A DNA stretch of 64,000 nt from an uncultured delta proteobacterium (lineage in GTDB: Bacteria > Desulfobacterota > Binatia > UBA9968), in NCBI GenBank assembly GCA_963745035.1, contig CAVUVW010000013.1, positions 96,001-160,000 on the forward strand. Reading direction: 5' to 3'. Both the position numbers and the translations under genes were made by a program. Every line of letters begins with the position of its first letter. The stretch's first letter is position 1. A model generated the notes under the pieces. The model was not told the DNA's origin. It saw nothing but the letters and a program-made list of their open reading frames with translations, and made no database searches. Positions 19,799 through 31,245 of this stretch are shown here, piece by piece.

Positions 19799-21235
19799 AT
19801 GGCCGACCCTCCGTCCAGCGATCCGAAAGCCCATGCGCGCCTGGTGCTCTACCAGGTGTCTCTCGGATTGGTTCTGGTCGCCATCAATCACCGCGCGATC
19901 CAGGTGGCCCTGCCGACCCTTACCCATGTCTTTCACGCCGATCTGTCGTTCATCCAGTGGGTATTGTTGGTGTATGACCTGGCGGTCATCGGGCTGGTCC
20001 TGACTTTGGGGCGGCTTGGCGATCTCTTCGGCCGAAAATGGATCTACATTGTCGGCTTTCTGATCTTCGTGCTCAGCTCGGCCTTCTGCGGCCTGGCGCA
20101 AACCTCGGCGCAACTGATCGCCGCGCGCGTGCTTCAAGGGATCGGCGGAGCCGTCATCCTGGCCAACGGACGCGCGCTCGTTTCGATCAACTCACTGCCG
20201 TCAGAACGGGGCAAGGCGCTGGGAATCACCTCGACGGCGTATCACGTCGGCTATTTCGCCGGGCCGACGCTGGGCGGGTTGATTATCGACACCATCGGTT
20301 GGCGCTGGATTTTTTTTGCAACTATGCCCATCGGCCTGGGCTGCGCTTACTTTGCCGCGCGGGTGCTGAAAGAACGGGAGAAAAGCGCGGCCGCCGTCAA
20401 AGTCGATTGGCTCGGCGCCATGTATTTGCTGCTCGCCAACATCGGCTTCGTCTATGCGCTCAATCAATTGCCTCATCTCGGCCTCGGCCATGCCGTGGTA
20501 TTTTCCTTTTTCCTCGTCTCGCTGGCGAGCCTCGCGCTTTTCGTGCATACCGAAAGACGCGCGCCAACGCCGATCTTGAGCCTGGCGCTTTTTCGCAACC
20601 GGCTCTTTACCTTTTCCAACTTGAGCCTGTTCTTCATCACTTCGACCCAGTCCGGGATCACCGTGCTGCTGCCTTTTTATCTGCAAAACCTGATGGATTT
20701 TACGCCGACGCAGATGGGCTGGCTGCTCATCGGCAGCTCGGCGGTGATCATCTTGTTTGCCCCGCTGGCCGGTTGGTTGTCGGACCGCTTCGGTTCCCGC
20801 CTGCTTTGCAGCGTCGGCGCGGCCATCGTCGTTCTCGGACAATATTTGATCGGCTCGTCTCACGCTCTCTTCCTCGATCTTTGACTTGGTCCTGCCTCAG
20901 GTTCTCATCGGTCTCGGCTGGGCGTTGTTCAATTCGCCCAATCAAAGCGCGATCATGAGCGCGGTGACGCGCGACCAAGTCGGCGCCGCCTCCGGCATGA
21001 CTGTCACCACCGCGCGGGTCGGCGGCGCCATCGGCATCGCGCTTGTCGGGCGCGATCATGACCTATGCGCTTGAGCGCCAGCGGACTCACGCCCGAACAG
21101 ATCGAGTCGCCGGAGAGCTGGAGCGCCCAGCCTCAGCAATTTCTCAACGCCTTCAGCTTCACCGCGCATTTCTTAAATGTCTTTGCGCTGCTGGCGATCT
21201 TGTGTTCCGCGCTACGCGGCGGCCGCAAGGACTGA
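19799..21235 (+). CDS. MFS transporter, DHA2/EmrB-like (frameshifts in the 3' part)
   Basis: GRLGDLFGRK motif A, GPTLGG..GWRWIFF, LSDRFGSR; C-terminus matches the downstream paralog. Confidence 0.85.
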
Positions 21236-21365
21236 TTTCGAGTTTCACCTGATTCAGGTTGTGGTGTCGATCTGCTTGAGCCTGCATTTCACCATGGCAT
21301 AGTGGGAATCTCATCGAGCAAACCGTGTTGTTACTTTGCAGCAGGAGAATCGACAACTCGAGTTC

Positions 21366-22799
21366 ATGGAATCGGTAAATGACCCTGCAACGAAGCGCGC
21401 TTCACGCTTGATCCTGCTGAGCGTATGCATAGGACAGATCATCGTCGGTCTCGATCTGCGCGCCATCACCGTCGCACTTCCGACCTTGACCACGAGCTTT
21501 CGCAGCGAGTTCACGACGATTCAATGGACCATTCTCGTCTACGATCTTGTCCTGATCGGCCTCATCATCACAATGGGCCGCCTCGGCGATCTTTTCGGCC
21601 GACGTAGGTTTTACAGCCTGGGCTTTCTCATTTTCGTTTCAGCCTCGGCGCTGTGCGGCCTTGCACAAACCACCGGGCAATTGATTTTCTTTCGCGCCGT
21701 GCAGGCCATCGGCGGGTCGATCATCGCGGCCAATGGCCGGGCGATCGTGTCGGTCAATTTGCCGCAGGCCGACCGCGGGCGGGCGCTCGGTTTGACCTCT
21801 ACCGCCTTTCACATCGGCTTTTTGACCGGACCGTCGCTGGGAGGATTTCTCATCGATTCCATCGGCTGGCGCTGGATCTTTTATATCAATATGCCCTTCA
21901 GCATTTGGGGCGCCTACCTCGCCTGGAAGGTCGTGCCGGAAAGCAAAGCTCGAGAAAAGATCGCCGTCGATATCTCCGGCGCAATACTTTTGCTTTTAAC
22001 CAACGGATTATTCATCTACGCCATTGACCAACTTCCGCGGGTGGGATGGCGCCACCCGGCCTTTCTGATAAGTTTGGCGCTTTCTATGGTTGGATTGTTT
22101 TTTTTTCTGCGCACTGAAGCCAAAGCCAAGACGCCGATTCTAGCGTTACAAATGTTCCGTGATCGCCTGTTCAGCGCGGGAATTTTGAGTTTGTTCTTAA
22201 TCGCCGGCACCTTGTCGGCGATTAACTTTCTTTTGCCGTTCTACCTCCAGTATCTCTTGGGCTACTCGCCATCCCAGATCGGTTGGATCATCGTCGTCGA
22301 CTCTGTGGTTATCATGGTCATGGCGCCCATCGCAGGCGCGCTCTCCGATCGCTTGGGGTCTCGCCTGCTCTGCACCATTGGTTGTGCCATCGTTGCGATC
22401 GCACAGTTCTTCCTGGCCTCGCTGGATATTCAAGCGTCGCTGCTGAGAATTATGGTTCCATTGTTGATCTGGGGCGTCGGTTGGGCGCTCTTCAACGCGC
22501 CCAACCAGAGTTCGATCCTCGGCGCCGTCACCCCCGAGAGAATCGGTGCCGCGGCGGGGATAATCGCGACCACTGCCCGCGCCGGCGGCGCCATGGGTGT
22601 GGCGCTCTCGGCCACTCTCTTTGGCCACCTCGTCGCGGGCGCCGGCTTTAGCAGCGCTCAAATCGGCAATCCCGAGAACTGGCGCGCCGCGCCCGAGGTG
22701 TTTATGGATGCGTTCAGCACGACGATTTATGTGCTTAACTTTTTCACGGCGCTGGCGATCATTTTTTCGGCCGTAAGAGGTCAAAGACGTATCGATTGA
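21366..22799 (+). CDS. MFS transporter, DHA2/EmrB-like
   Basis: GRLGDLFGRRR, GPSLGG..GWRWIFYINMP, LSDRLGSR. Confidence 0.88.
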   Translation: MESVNDPATKRASRLILLSVCIGQIIVGLDLRAITVALPTLTTSFRSEFTTIQWTILVYDLVLIGLIITMGRLGDLFGRRRFYSLGFLIFVSASALCGLAQTTGQLIFFRAVQAIGGSIIAANGRAIVSVNLPQADRGRALGLTSTAFHIGFLTGPSLGGFLIDSIGWRWIFYINMPFSIWGAYLAWKVVPESKAREKIAVDISGAILLLLTNGLFIYAIDQLPRVGWRHPAFLISLALSMVGLFFFLRTEAKAKTPILALQMFRDRLFSAGILSLFLIAGTLSAINFLLPFYLQYLLGYSPSQIGWIIVVDSVVIMVMAPIAGALSDRLGSRLLCTIGCAIVAIAQFFLASLDIQASLLRIMVPLLIWGVGWALFNAPNQSSILGAVTPERIGAAAGIIATTARAGGAMGVALSATLFGHLVAGAGFSSAQIGNPENWRAAPEVFMDAFSTTIYVLNFFTALAIIFSAVRGQRRID

Positions 22800-22883
22800 T
22801 CCGATGGATTGAATTTTCCGAAGTGAGTATGGATGTCCCCGGCCCTTTGATGCTAATCGCCGATTACGATTCCATTCCCCGTC

Positions 22884-22916
22884 CGTCATTCCCGCATGCT
22901 TTTAGCGGGAATCCAG
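22884..22916. repeat. Single REP-like hairpin (GTCATTCCCGC..GCGGGAATCCAG type)
   Basis: CGTCATTCCCGCATGCTTTTAGCGGGAATCCAG with ATTCCCGC/GCGGGAAT stem. Confidence 0.6.
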
Positions 22917-22944
22917 GCGAGATCGTATCAACGGATCTTTGCGC

Positions 22945-22974
22945 TTGACATAAAGCAACACAGCTCACTAATCT
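22945..22974 (+). promoter_or_regulatory. Putative sigma70-type promoter
   Basis: TTGACA-N18-TAATCT upstream of the binding-protein gene. Confidence 0.45.
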
Positions 22975-22995
22975 CGTCATCGACCCGAGGTAGCT

Positions 22996-23997
22996 ATGAA
23001 GTTCGCAGCAAGAATTGTCCAACTCCTTATTACTGCCGCTCTGACAATCGCGAGCACATCCCATCCGGTGGCTGAGCTTTCAGCGGCAGAAGCGCCGAAC
23101 CTACGCATCGTCTACAACGCCCTCGGCGGCTCCATGGCGCCGATTTGGGTATCGCAAGAACTCGGTTTGTTCGCCAAGCACGGCTTGCAGCACAATCTCA
23201 ATTACCTCGCGGCGACCACCGCCGTCCAAGCTATGGCCGCCGGCAGCGAAGAAATCGGTCTCGTCGGCAATCAAGCTATCGATATGGCGCTGGAAGGCGC
23301 CGACACGATCTACGTCGCCAGCACCGTGCCACGCTTCATCTTCAGGCTCTACGGGGATGCGTCGATCCAGTCGATCAACGACCTCAAAGGAAAAATCGTC
23401 GCGGCCACCCAACCCGCGGCCTCGACCGATTACGCTACCCGCATGGTTTTGCGACGCTTCAATCTGACGCCGGACAAAGACGTCAAAATCCTCTACGCCG
23501 GCAGCATGCCAGCGCTGGTGACGATGCTCAAATCCGGCAATGCTCAAGCCGGCCTGATATCAGCGCCGACGACGTTTCAAGCGCAAGAATTGGGCTTGAA
23601 GCAGATCCTCAACGTCACCGACCTTAACATTCCGTTCATTTTTGTCGGCGTCGCCACGACGCGCAAGGTCATTCAGCAGAAACCGGACTCGATCACTCGG
23701 TTCCTACGCGCCTATACGGAATCCATCGCCATCATCAAGCGCGACAAAGAGACGGCGTTCAAGGCGATGGGCAAGTTTCTCAAGACCGACAACCGACAAA
23801 CGCTCGAGGGAATCTACGAGGAATACGCGAGCGCTTTTCAGCGCGTCCCGCTGATGACCAGAGAAGAGGTCAAAGCCGTCCTGGACGTGGCAAAAAGCCC
23901 GAAGGCCCAGCAAGTCAAACCGGAAGATTTTTACGACAATTCGTTCGTGCAAAAACTCGAAGCCTCGGGCTTCATCAACTCGCTCTACGCGCGCTGA
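22996..23997 (+). CDS. ABC-type substrate-binding protein, NMT1/SsuA-like
   Basis: Signal peptide, PIWVSQELGLFAKHGL, DLKGKIVA, FYDNSFVQKLEASGFI. Confidence 0.82.
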   Translation: MKFAARIVQLLITAALTIASTSHPVAELSAAEAPNLRIVYNALGGSMAPIWVSQELGLFAKHGLQHNLNYLAATTAVQAMAAGSEEIGLVGNQAIDMALEGADTIYVASTVPRFIFRLYGDASIQSINDLKGKIVAATQPAASTDYATRMVLRRFNLTPDKDVKILYAGSMPALVTMLKSGNAQAGLISAPTTFQAQELGLKQILNVTDLNIPFIFVGVATTRKVIQQKPDSITRFLRAYTESIAIIKRDKETAFKAMGKFLKTDNRQTLEGIYEEYASAFQRVPLMTREEVKAVLDVAKSPKAQQVKPEDFYDNSFVQKLEASGFINSLYAR

Positions 23998-24019
23998 TCG
24001 TGGCAAGCGCAATGCAGGT

Positions 24020-24079
24020 CGAAGATAGAGCATCGATGATCGAGGATGGCGATCCTCTATCTTCGATCCTCCATTCTCG
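24020..24079. repeat. Palindromic element of 7-nt (C/A/G)GAGGAT-like units
   Basis: CGAAGAT AGAGCAT CGATGAT CGAGGAT followed by ATCCTCT ATCTTCG ATCCTCC ATTCTCG. Confidence 0.7.
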
Positions 24080-24094
24080 GTTCAGGCAGCCATC

Positions 24095-25214
24095 ATGAGC
24101 TGGTATCTGCACATCGACATGGACGCGTTCTACGCATCCGTCGAGCAGGCGCTCGATCCCACGTTGCAAGGCAAAGCGGTCATCGTCGGCGGCCGCAGCG
24201 GCCGGGGCGTGGTCACCTCGGCCTCCTACGAGGCGCGCAAATTCGGCGTGCGCTCGGCGATGCCGGGTTTTCAAGCCAGGAAGCTTTGCCCTCACGGCGT
24301 CTTTCTGCCCAACCGCCGCCGCCTCTACGTTGAATTCTCGGGCAAGGTGTTTGCGATCCTCGAGCAGTACTCGCCCGAGGTTCATGCGCTCTCGATCGAC
24401 GAAGGTCTCATCGACCTGAGCGGCACCGACCGGCTTTTCGGCCCGCCGCTCAAGACCGCCGACGCGATCATTCGCCGCGTCGCAAGCGAGCTCGGCTTAC
24501 CGTCCTCCGGCGGCCTTTCGACGAGCAAAGTGGTCGCGAAAATCGCGGCGACCCTCGCCAAGCCGCACGGGCTCGTCTACGTGCCCGCCGGCTCGGAAAA
24601 GGATTTTCTTGCGCCGTTGTCCGTCGAGATGATTCCCGGAGTCGGTCCGAAAACCCACACGGCGCTCAATCAAAAAGGAATCAAGACCATCGGCGACCTC
24701 TTGCGCCGTGACGAGCTGGCGGGGCGCTACTTGGATCTCGAAGCTCTCAGAACGCGGCCATCGCCACGATCATTCCATCGGCAATGAGACGACTCTGGAA
24801 CAGCCGGCCAGAACCGTCGCGCAGATGGAAAAAGTCCTCTGGGAGCTGGTCGAAGAAGTCGGCGCCCGCCTGCGCCGCGAAAAACTTTTCGCCCGCTGCT
24901 TGACCGTCAAAATCCGCTACCCCAATTTTCATACCGTGACGCGCTCGCGCACCCTGGCGTCGCCGACCTGCTTCGACAAGGAAATTTTCTCGGTCGCAAG
25001 CGAGTTGCTGCGGCAAAATCTCCAGCGCGGCGGCGCCGTGCGGCTATTGGGCGTGAGCGCCAGCGCGCTCCAAAGCCGCGGCTGGCAGGAGCCGCTGTTT
25101 GACCGCGCGCGGCGCGATTCGTTCGAGAAGCTCTACAAAGGCATCGACGAGCTGCGCCGCAAATTCGGCGAAGACGCCGTCGGCGCAGCCACGCCGCGCC
25201 ACCGCTCCGGTTGA
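24095..25214 (+). CDS. dinB: DNA polymerase IV (frameshift near 24745)
   Basis: HIDMDAFYASVEQ, SYEARKFGVRSAMP, SIDE, KPHG, IPGVG; little-finger SIGNETT..VRLLGV in the second frame. Confidence 0.9.
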
Positions 25215-25262
25215 TTTCCCGCGCAAAGCTTCCTACTGTTCTGGCGTTCGCTCCGAGACTTC

Positions 25263-26298
25263 ATGACCGCGACCCAGCATCCTTTTCTCGCCGCCTGTCG
25301 CCGCGAGCCGACTTCGTATACGCCGATCTGGCTGATGCGCCAGGCCGGGCGCTACATGGAAGATTACCGCACGCCTGCGCGCGCAGTACGACTTTCTCGA
25401 GCTGTGCAAACGGCCGGATCTGGCGGCGGAGATTACCGTCGCGCCGGTGGAGCGGCTGGGCGTCGATGCGGCGATCCTGTTCGCGGATATTTTGCTGATC
25501 CTCGAGCCGCTGGGAGTGGGTTTGGAATATTCCAAGGGCGACGGGCCGGTGATTCACCGCCCGGTGCGCGGCGCCCAAGATATCGACGCGTTGAAAAGCT
25601 TCGACCCGGCTCAGGAGCTTTCCTTCGTCTACGACGCGGTGAAGAAAACCCGCGCGGCGCTCAACGACAAAGTGCCGCTGATCGGTTTCGCCGGCGCGCC
25701 GTTTACCCTGGCGTCTTATTTAATCGAGGGCGGCGGCTCGCGCAATTACGCGCACACCAAGAAACTGTTTTATGCCGCGCCGGATGCTTGGCAGCGCTTG
25801 ATGGAACAACTTGCGCGGCTGGTCAGCGAATATTTGAATTGCCAGATCGCCGCCGGCGCACAAGCGGTTCAGCTCTTCGATAGCTGGGCCGGCTGCCTCA
25901 CGCCCGCCGACTATGAGCGCTTCGCCATGCCGTACACCAAAGCCGTGATCGACGCGGTCACCCCGGGAGTACCGGTGATCAACTTCAGTACCGGCACGGC
26001 CGGAGCGTTGAAGCAGCTCCGCGCCGCCGGCGGCGACGTGATCGGCTTGGACTGGCGGGTGAACCTCGACGACGGCTGGGCGGCAGTCGGCCACGACGTT
26101 GCCGTTCAGGGCAATCTCGATCCGGTGGCGCTGTTCGCCGCGCCCAAGGAAATCAAGACGCGCGCCGCGGAAATCTTGCGACGCGCCGCCGGGCGGCCCG
26201 GCCATGTTTTCAATCTCGGCCACGGCGTATTGCCGGAAACGCCGGTCGATCACGTCATCGCCCTCGTCGACGCGGTGCACGAGCTCAGCGCGAGGTGA
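25263..26298 (+). CDS. hemE: Uroporphyrinogen decarboxylase (frameshift near 25370)
   Basis: [48 protein letters not shown]. Confidence 0.93.
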
Positions 26299-26303
26299 AG
26301 GGT

Positions 26304-26407
26304 TGGAGTAATGGAGTACTGGAGTAATGGAGTATTGCGAAAGCCAACTTCGATGACAGCTAAGTTGCGTATGCCATTACTCCACCACTCCATTACTCCA
26401 TCACTCC
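26304..26407. repeat. Palindromic element of 8-nt TGGAGTAN units
   Basis: TGGAGTAA TGGAGTAC TGGAGTAA TGGAGTAT ... CCATTACT CCACCACT CCATTACT CCATCACT CC. Confidence 0.85.
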
Positions 26408-26419
26408 GGCATTAGTCCT

Positions 26420-27362
26420 GTGGCTCAGTCCTACGACGCCGTACTGCTCATCGCTTTCGGCGGCCCGACCGCGCCCGAGGAGATCCGACCGTTTCTCGAC
26501 CGCGTGACCAGAGGGATTCCGATCCCGCCCGAGCGCCTCGACGAGGTCGCCCATCATTATGAAGCCGTCGGCGGCAAGTCGCCGCTCAACGAGATTACTT
26601 TTCGCCAAGCCAAGGCGCTGCAAAAATTGCTGAACGACGAAGGCACGCCGCTCCCGGTTTACGTCGGCATGCGCAACTCCGCGCCCTTCTTCGCCGAAAC
26701 CCTCGAGCAAATGAGAAATGCCGGCGTAAAAAGAGCGTTGGGGTTCATTCTCTCGTCGCACCGTACCGAAGCGAGCTGGGAGCGCTATCAGAAAAATATC
26801 GCCGACGCGCGCGCCGAGATCGGCGCCGGCGCGCCGGCGATCGATTACTGCGGCGGCTGGCACGATCATCCGCTGTTCATTCAAACCTGGGTGGAGTTGC
26901 TACAAATCGCCTTCGCCAAAGTCGCAGTCGAACGAAGCGACTCCACGCCGCTGATCTTCACGGCGCACAGCTTGCCGGCCGCCATGGCGGCGCGCTCGCC
27001 CTACGTCGAGCAATTGAATACCAGCGCGCGCATGATCGCGGATAAACTCAGCCGCCGGAATTGGTCGCTCGCTTATCAGAGCCGCAGCGGCAAACCGGAC
27101 GATCCGTGGCTGGAGCCGGATGTCAATGAAACCCTCCGCAAACTCGCCGCCGAGGGCGCGCGGGACGTCGTCATTGCGCCGATCGGGTTTGTCTGCGACC
27201 ACGTCGAGGTGCTCTACGATCTCGACATCGAGGCGACGCAAGATCGCCGAGGATTTGCGTATGAATTTGGTGCGCGCGAGCTGCCCCAACGATCATCCGA
27301 CGTTTGTGCGCATGATCGCCAGCGTGATTGAAGCGAGGGTACGAGCCGAGGACGGAGGATAG
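26420..27362 (+). CDS. hemH: Ferrochelatase (frameshift near 27235)
   Basis: FGGP, HY..GGKSPLN, FTAHSLP, YQSRSG..WLEPD, PIGFVCDHVEVLYDLD. Confidence 0.92.
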
Positions 27363-27409
27363 AGGATGGAGGATGGAAACGCTCCTCGATCATCGATTCT
27401 CTGTCCTCG
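27347..27409. repeat. Palindromic element of 7-nt GAGGAT-like units overlapping the hemH stop
   Basis: CGAGGAC GGAGGAT AGAGGAT GGAGGAT ... CTCCTCG ATCATCG ATTCTCT GTCCTCG; same family as 24020-24079. Confidence 0.7.
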
Positions 27410-27421
27410 AGCTGTCTCGTC

Positions 27422-28837
27422 ATGACCCGAATCATCGTCATCGGCGGCGGCATCGCCGGGCTCGCAGCCGCTCATCGCGTCGCTGAGCTCAATCGCGAGC
27501 GATCCTAGTCGAAGTTCTGCTCCTCGAAGCCTCATCCCGCCTCGGCGGCTCCATCGCCACCGAGCGGGTCGGCGATTTTCTCGTCGAAGGCGGGCCGGAT
27601 TCGTTCATCACGGAAAAGCCCTCAGCGCTCCGCCTCTGCGAGCGTCTTGGTTTGACGCCGCGGCTGGTCTCGACGCAATCCGCTCATCAGAAAATTTATG
27701 TCGTCCATCGCGGCGCGCTCGAAGCGCTGCCCGAAGGTTTTTTTTTGCTGGCGCCCACTCGCCTCTGGCCCTTGCTGCAAACCCCGTTGTTTTCGTGGAG
27801 CGGCAAGCTGCGCATGGCCAGCGGAGCTCTTGTTGCCGCGCGGCAAACCGGAGGGCGACGAAAGCCTCGGCGCCTTTGTCCGGCGGCGCTTCGGCCGGGA
27901 AGCGCTGGAGCGCGTCGCCCAGCCGCTCGTCGGCGGCATCTATGCTTCGGACCCGGACCGGCTCAGTCTTGGCCGCGACCATGCCCCGGTTCAAAGAAAT
28001 GGAACGCCGACACCGAAGCGTCATCTGGGCGATGTGGTCCGAGCAGCGCCGCCCGCGCGGAAGCCGGCAGCGGCGCGCGTTGGAGCTTGTTCGTCACTTT
28101 GGCCGGAGGAATGCAGGAACTCGTCGACGCCATCGCCAAGCGCCTGCCCGAAGGCAGCCTGCGCTTCAACGCGCCGGTCTCTGCGCTTGGAGCGCAGTGA
28201 AGCAAAAAGGCAATGGCAAATCATCCTCGGAGAGCGCACCGCGCTCGGCGCCGACGCAGTGATTCTCGCCACACCGGCGTTCCAGACAGCAACGATTCTG
28301 AACGCCATCGCGCGCGATGCCGCGGCGGATCTCGAGCAAATATCCTATGCTTCCACGGCGACAGTCAGTCTCGCGTACCGGCGCGAGGATTTTCCACGCA
28401 GCCGGACGGCTTTGGTTTCGTCGTGCCGGCAATCGAGAAACGCAAAATCATGGCGTGCACGTTCAGCAGCTTCAAATATCCCGGTCGCGCGCCGCAAGAT
28501 CATATTCTGCTCCGCGCTTTCGTCGGCGGCGCGCTGCAGCCGGAACTGTTCGCTGCCGACGATGCGACGATGGAGAAAAATGTCCGCGCCGAACTCGCCA
28601 GCCTGCTCGGCGTCACGGCGCGAGCCGCTGTTCTCGCGCATCTGGCGCCATCCGAATTCGATGCCGCAATACCACGTCGGCCACCAGGCGCGCATCGAAC
28701 GGATCGAGAGCTGCCTGAGCAAATTTCCTACCCTCGCCCTCGCCGGCAGCGCCTACCACGGCGTCGGCATCGCCGATTGCGTCCGCACCGGCGAAGCGGC
28801 CGCGGAGAAAGTTTTCGGCAATCTATCGAATTCGTAG
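27422..28837 (+). CDS. hemY: HemY-type proto/coproporphyrinogen oxidase (multiple frameshifts)
   Basis: IVIGGGIAGLAAA FAD motif, EGGPDSF, RRRFGRE..PLVGGIYA, GFGFVVP, MPQYHVGH, GVGIADCV. Confidence 0.88.
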
Positions 28838-28907
28838 GGTGCGCTTGCGCACCATTCTGTGCATTCGCCGTCAACGACTCGGTACGGTGCGCAAGCGCAC
28901 CCTACGA
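28832..28907. repeat. GTAG-type REP doublet (REPIN-like)
   Basis: Perfect 22-bp inverted repeat TCGTAGGGTGCGCTTGCGCACC / GGTGCGCAAGCGCACCCTACGA; each arm is itself a hairpin. Confidence 0.85.
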
Positions 28908-28961
28908 TTCTCGTTTGTAGTTATGGCGGAAATTTCGACCGCCGGGGAGAAATATTTTCCC

Positions 28962-28990
28962 TTGACGCCACAGGAAAGCGCGCCTATGAA
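28962..28990 (+). promoter_or_regulatory. Putative sigma70-type promoter (possibly leaderless)
   Basis: TTGACG-N17-TATGAA, ending 6 nt before ATG 28997. Confidence 0.4.
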
Positions 28991-28996
28991 TCGTGC

Positions 28997-29831
28997 ATGA
29001 TCATCATCGATTCACAAGTTCACATCTGGGCCCCCGAGACACCGGAGAAACCCTACGCGACAAAGAACGCTTCCAAGCCGCACCGCCCGGTTCCGCTCGG
29101 CGCACGACGAGCTTTTGCGCGAGATGGACGGGGCCGGCGTGGCGCGCTGCGTGCTCGTGCCGCCGACTTGGGAGGATGACCGCAACGATACTTCGCTCGA
29201 AGCCGCGCGGCTGCATCCCGAGCGCTTTGCCGTCATGGGCAGGTTGTCGCTGACCAAGCCGGAGAGCCGCGAGCTGATCGCGACCTGGAAAGAGCAGCCG
29301 CACATGCTCGGCATGCGCATGGTTTTCAACCGTGGCCAATCCGGCGAGTGGATCAACGACGGCACCGCCGACTGGTTCTGGAAAGCCGCCGAGCGCCATG
29401 ATGTTCCGGTCATGGCCTTGGCGCCCAACGACGTGCCGAAGCTCGGCGAGATCGCCGAGCGCCATCCGGGCTTGCGCCTGGTGATCGACCACATGGGCCT
29501 CAACTCGGTATTGCGCGGCAAACCGCTCGAGCCGGCGGTGGACAATGTGATCCGGCTTGCGCGGCTGAAAAACGTCGCGGTCAAAGTCTCCGCGCTGCCT
29601 TGCTACGTCGATGAGCCTTATCCGTTTCCGTCGCTTCATCCGCTGGTTCGGCGCGTGGTCGATGCTTTTGGCCCGCGGCGCTGTTTTTGGGGAACCGATC
29701 TCTCGCATCTTCCCTGCCCGTACCGGCAAGTCGTGACCCTTTTTACCGAAGAGATGAAGTTTCTTTCCGGCGCCGATCTCGAATGGATCATGGGGCGAGG
29801 CATCGCGGAGTGGTTGAATTGGCGGCTGTGA
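28997..29831 (+). CDS. Amidohydrolase family protein (lactonase-like; frameshift near 29105)
   Basis: IIDSQVHIW, MDGAGV, LVIDHMG, VAVKVSAL, FWGTD. Confidence 0.82.
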
Positions 29832-29961
29832 GATCCGCCGTTGCGAATTTTCGCTATACCTACTTTTTTCCTCCGGGCAATTTCATAGAATATGTTTGTG
29901 CCGCGCCGCTGCTGGCGTCGAGGCTGACGACCGAATGAGAAGCTCACGGAATTTTTCAGCG

Positions 29962-31245
29962 ATGTTCACAAAAAACTTTTTTCGTGGTCTCGCGCTTCTG
30001 TGCGGTTTGAGCGGCGCGCCGGCGCATGCGCAGATCGAACTGCGCTTTGTCACTTGGAAATCGGAGGCCCCCGAAGTTTGGCAACAGGCGATCGCGGATT
30101 TCGAGCGGCAAAATCCCGGCGTCAAAGTGGTCTCGCGAGATCGGGCCGCAATCTTCGACGCAACTGCACGATCTGCTCACGCAGAAACTGCGCAATCGCG
30201 ATACGCGTCTGGACGTCTTCGTGATGGACGTCATTTGGCCTGCCGAGTTCGCATCGGCCGGCTGGGCGCTGCCGCTGGACCGTTATCTTGGCGCCGCCGA
30301 ACGGCAAAAGTTTCTGGCCGCCCCGCTGTCGGCCAACGAATATCGCGGCCAGCTCTTCGGCTTGCCGCTGTTCATCGACGCCGGCCTGCTCTATTACCGC
30401 AAGGACCTTTTGGAAAAATATCGTTTGCAGCCGCCGCGCACTTGGCCGCAATTGGTCGAGCACGCAAAGACCATTCTCGCCCACGAAAAAGATCCGCGCC
30501 TGGTCGGATTCTCCGCCCAGTTCAAGCAATACGAGGGTCTCGTCTGCAACATGATGGAATACATTCGTCGGCAACGGCGGCGCGCTGTGGGACGAAGCGA
30601 GCATGACGAGCGCCCTCCACCAACCGGCCGCGCTGGCAGCGGTGCGCTTCGTGCGCGATCGAATTGTCGGAGAGATCGCCCATCGCGGCGTGCTCGCCTA
30701 CGAAGAGCCCGAGTCGCTCGCGCTCTTCACGCAGGGACAGGCGATTTTTCACCGCAACTGGCCTTACGCCTGGGCGGCCGCCAACGATCGTCGAGAAATC
30801 GAAAATCGCCGGCCGGGTCGGCATGATGCCTCTGCCCGGTTTCTCTCCCGGCACTGGCGCCGCTGCCTTGGGCGGCTGGCAGATCGGCGTCAGCCGCTTT
30901 TCTACCAAACCCGATCTGGCTTGGCGCCTGGCGGCCTTTCTGACCGGCAGCGAAGTGCAGCAGCGCATCGCCCTTGCCACTGGCCGCGCGCCCACGCGCA
31001 GCGCGCTTTACGATAACCCGGAGATCCAAAAAAAGATTCCCCAGTTGAAGCCGCTCCTGGAGACATTCGACCAGGCGGTGCCGCGGCCCACGACGCCGGT
31101 TTATGTGCCGCTCTCGAATATCATGCAGCGCTATTTCAGCACGGCGCTGGCGTTGCCGAGCACGTCGATCGACCGCCGTGCCGGATTGGCGGCGCGCGAC
31201 ATGAACCGCGTCCTCGAACTGGTGCGCGACCAGCCGCAATCATGA
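29962..31245 (+). CDS. Sugar ABC substrate-binding protein, trehalose/maltose type (several frameshifts)
   Basis: DVIWPAEFASAGW, LLYYRKDLL, QYEGLVCN, FHRNWPYAW, LGGWQIGVS. Confidence 0.82.

Noticed and set aside
26304-26407. CRISPR array
   Set aside because: 8-nt tandem units in inverted arrangement, no unique spacers and no cas genes
7841-28837. Mass pseudogenisation of recD2, clpB, dinB and hem genes
   Set aside because: Breaks are single-base indels with all motifs intact, which fits sequencing error
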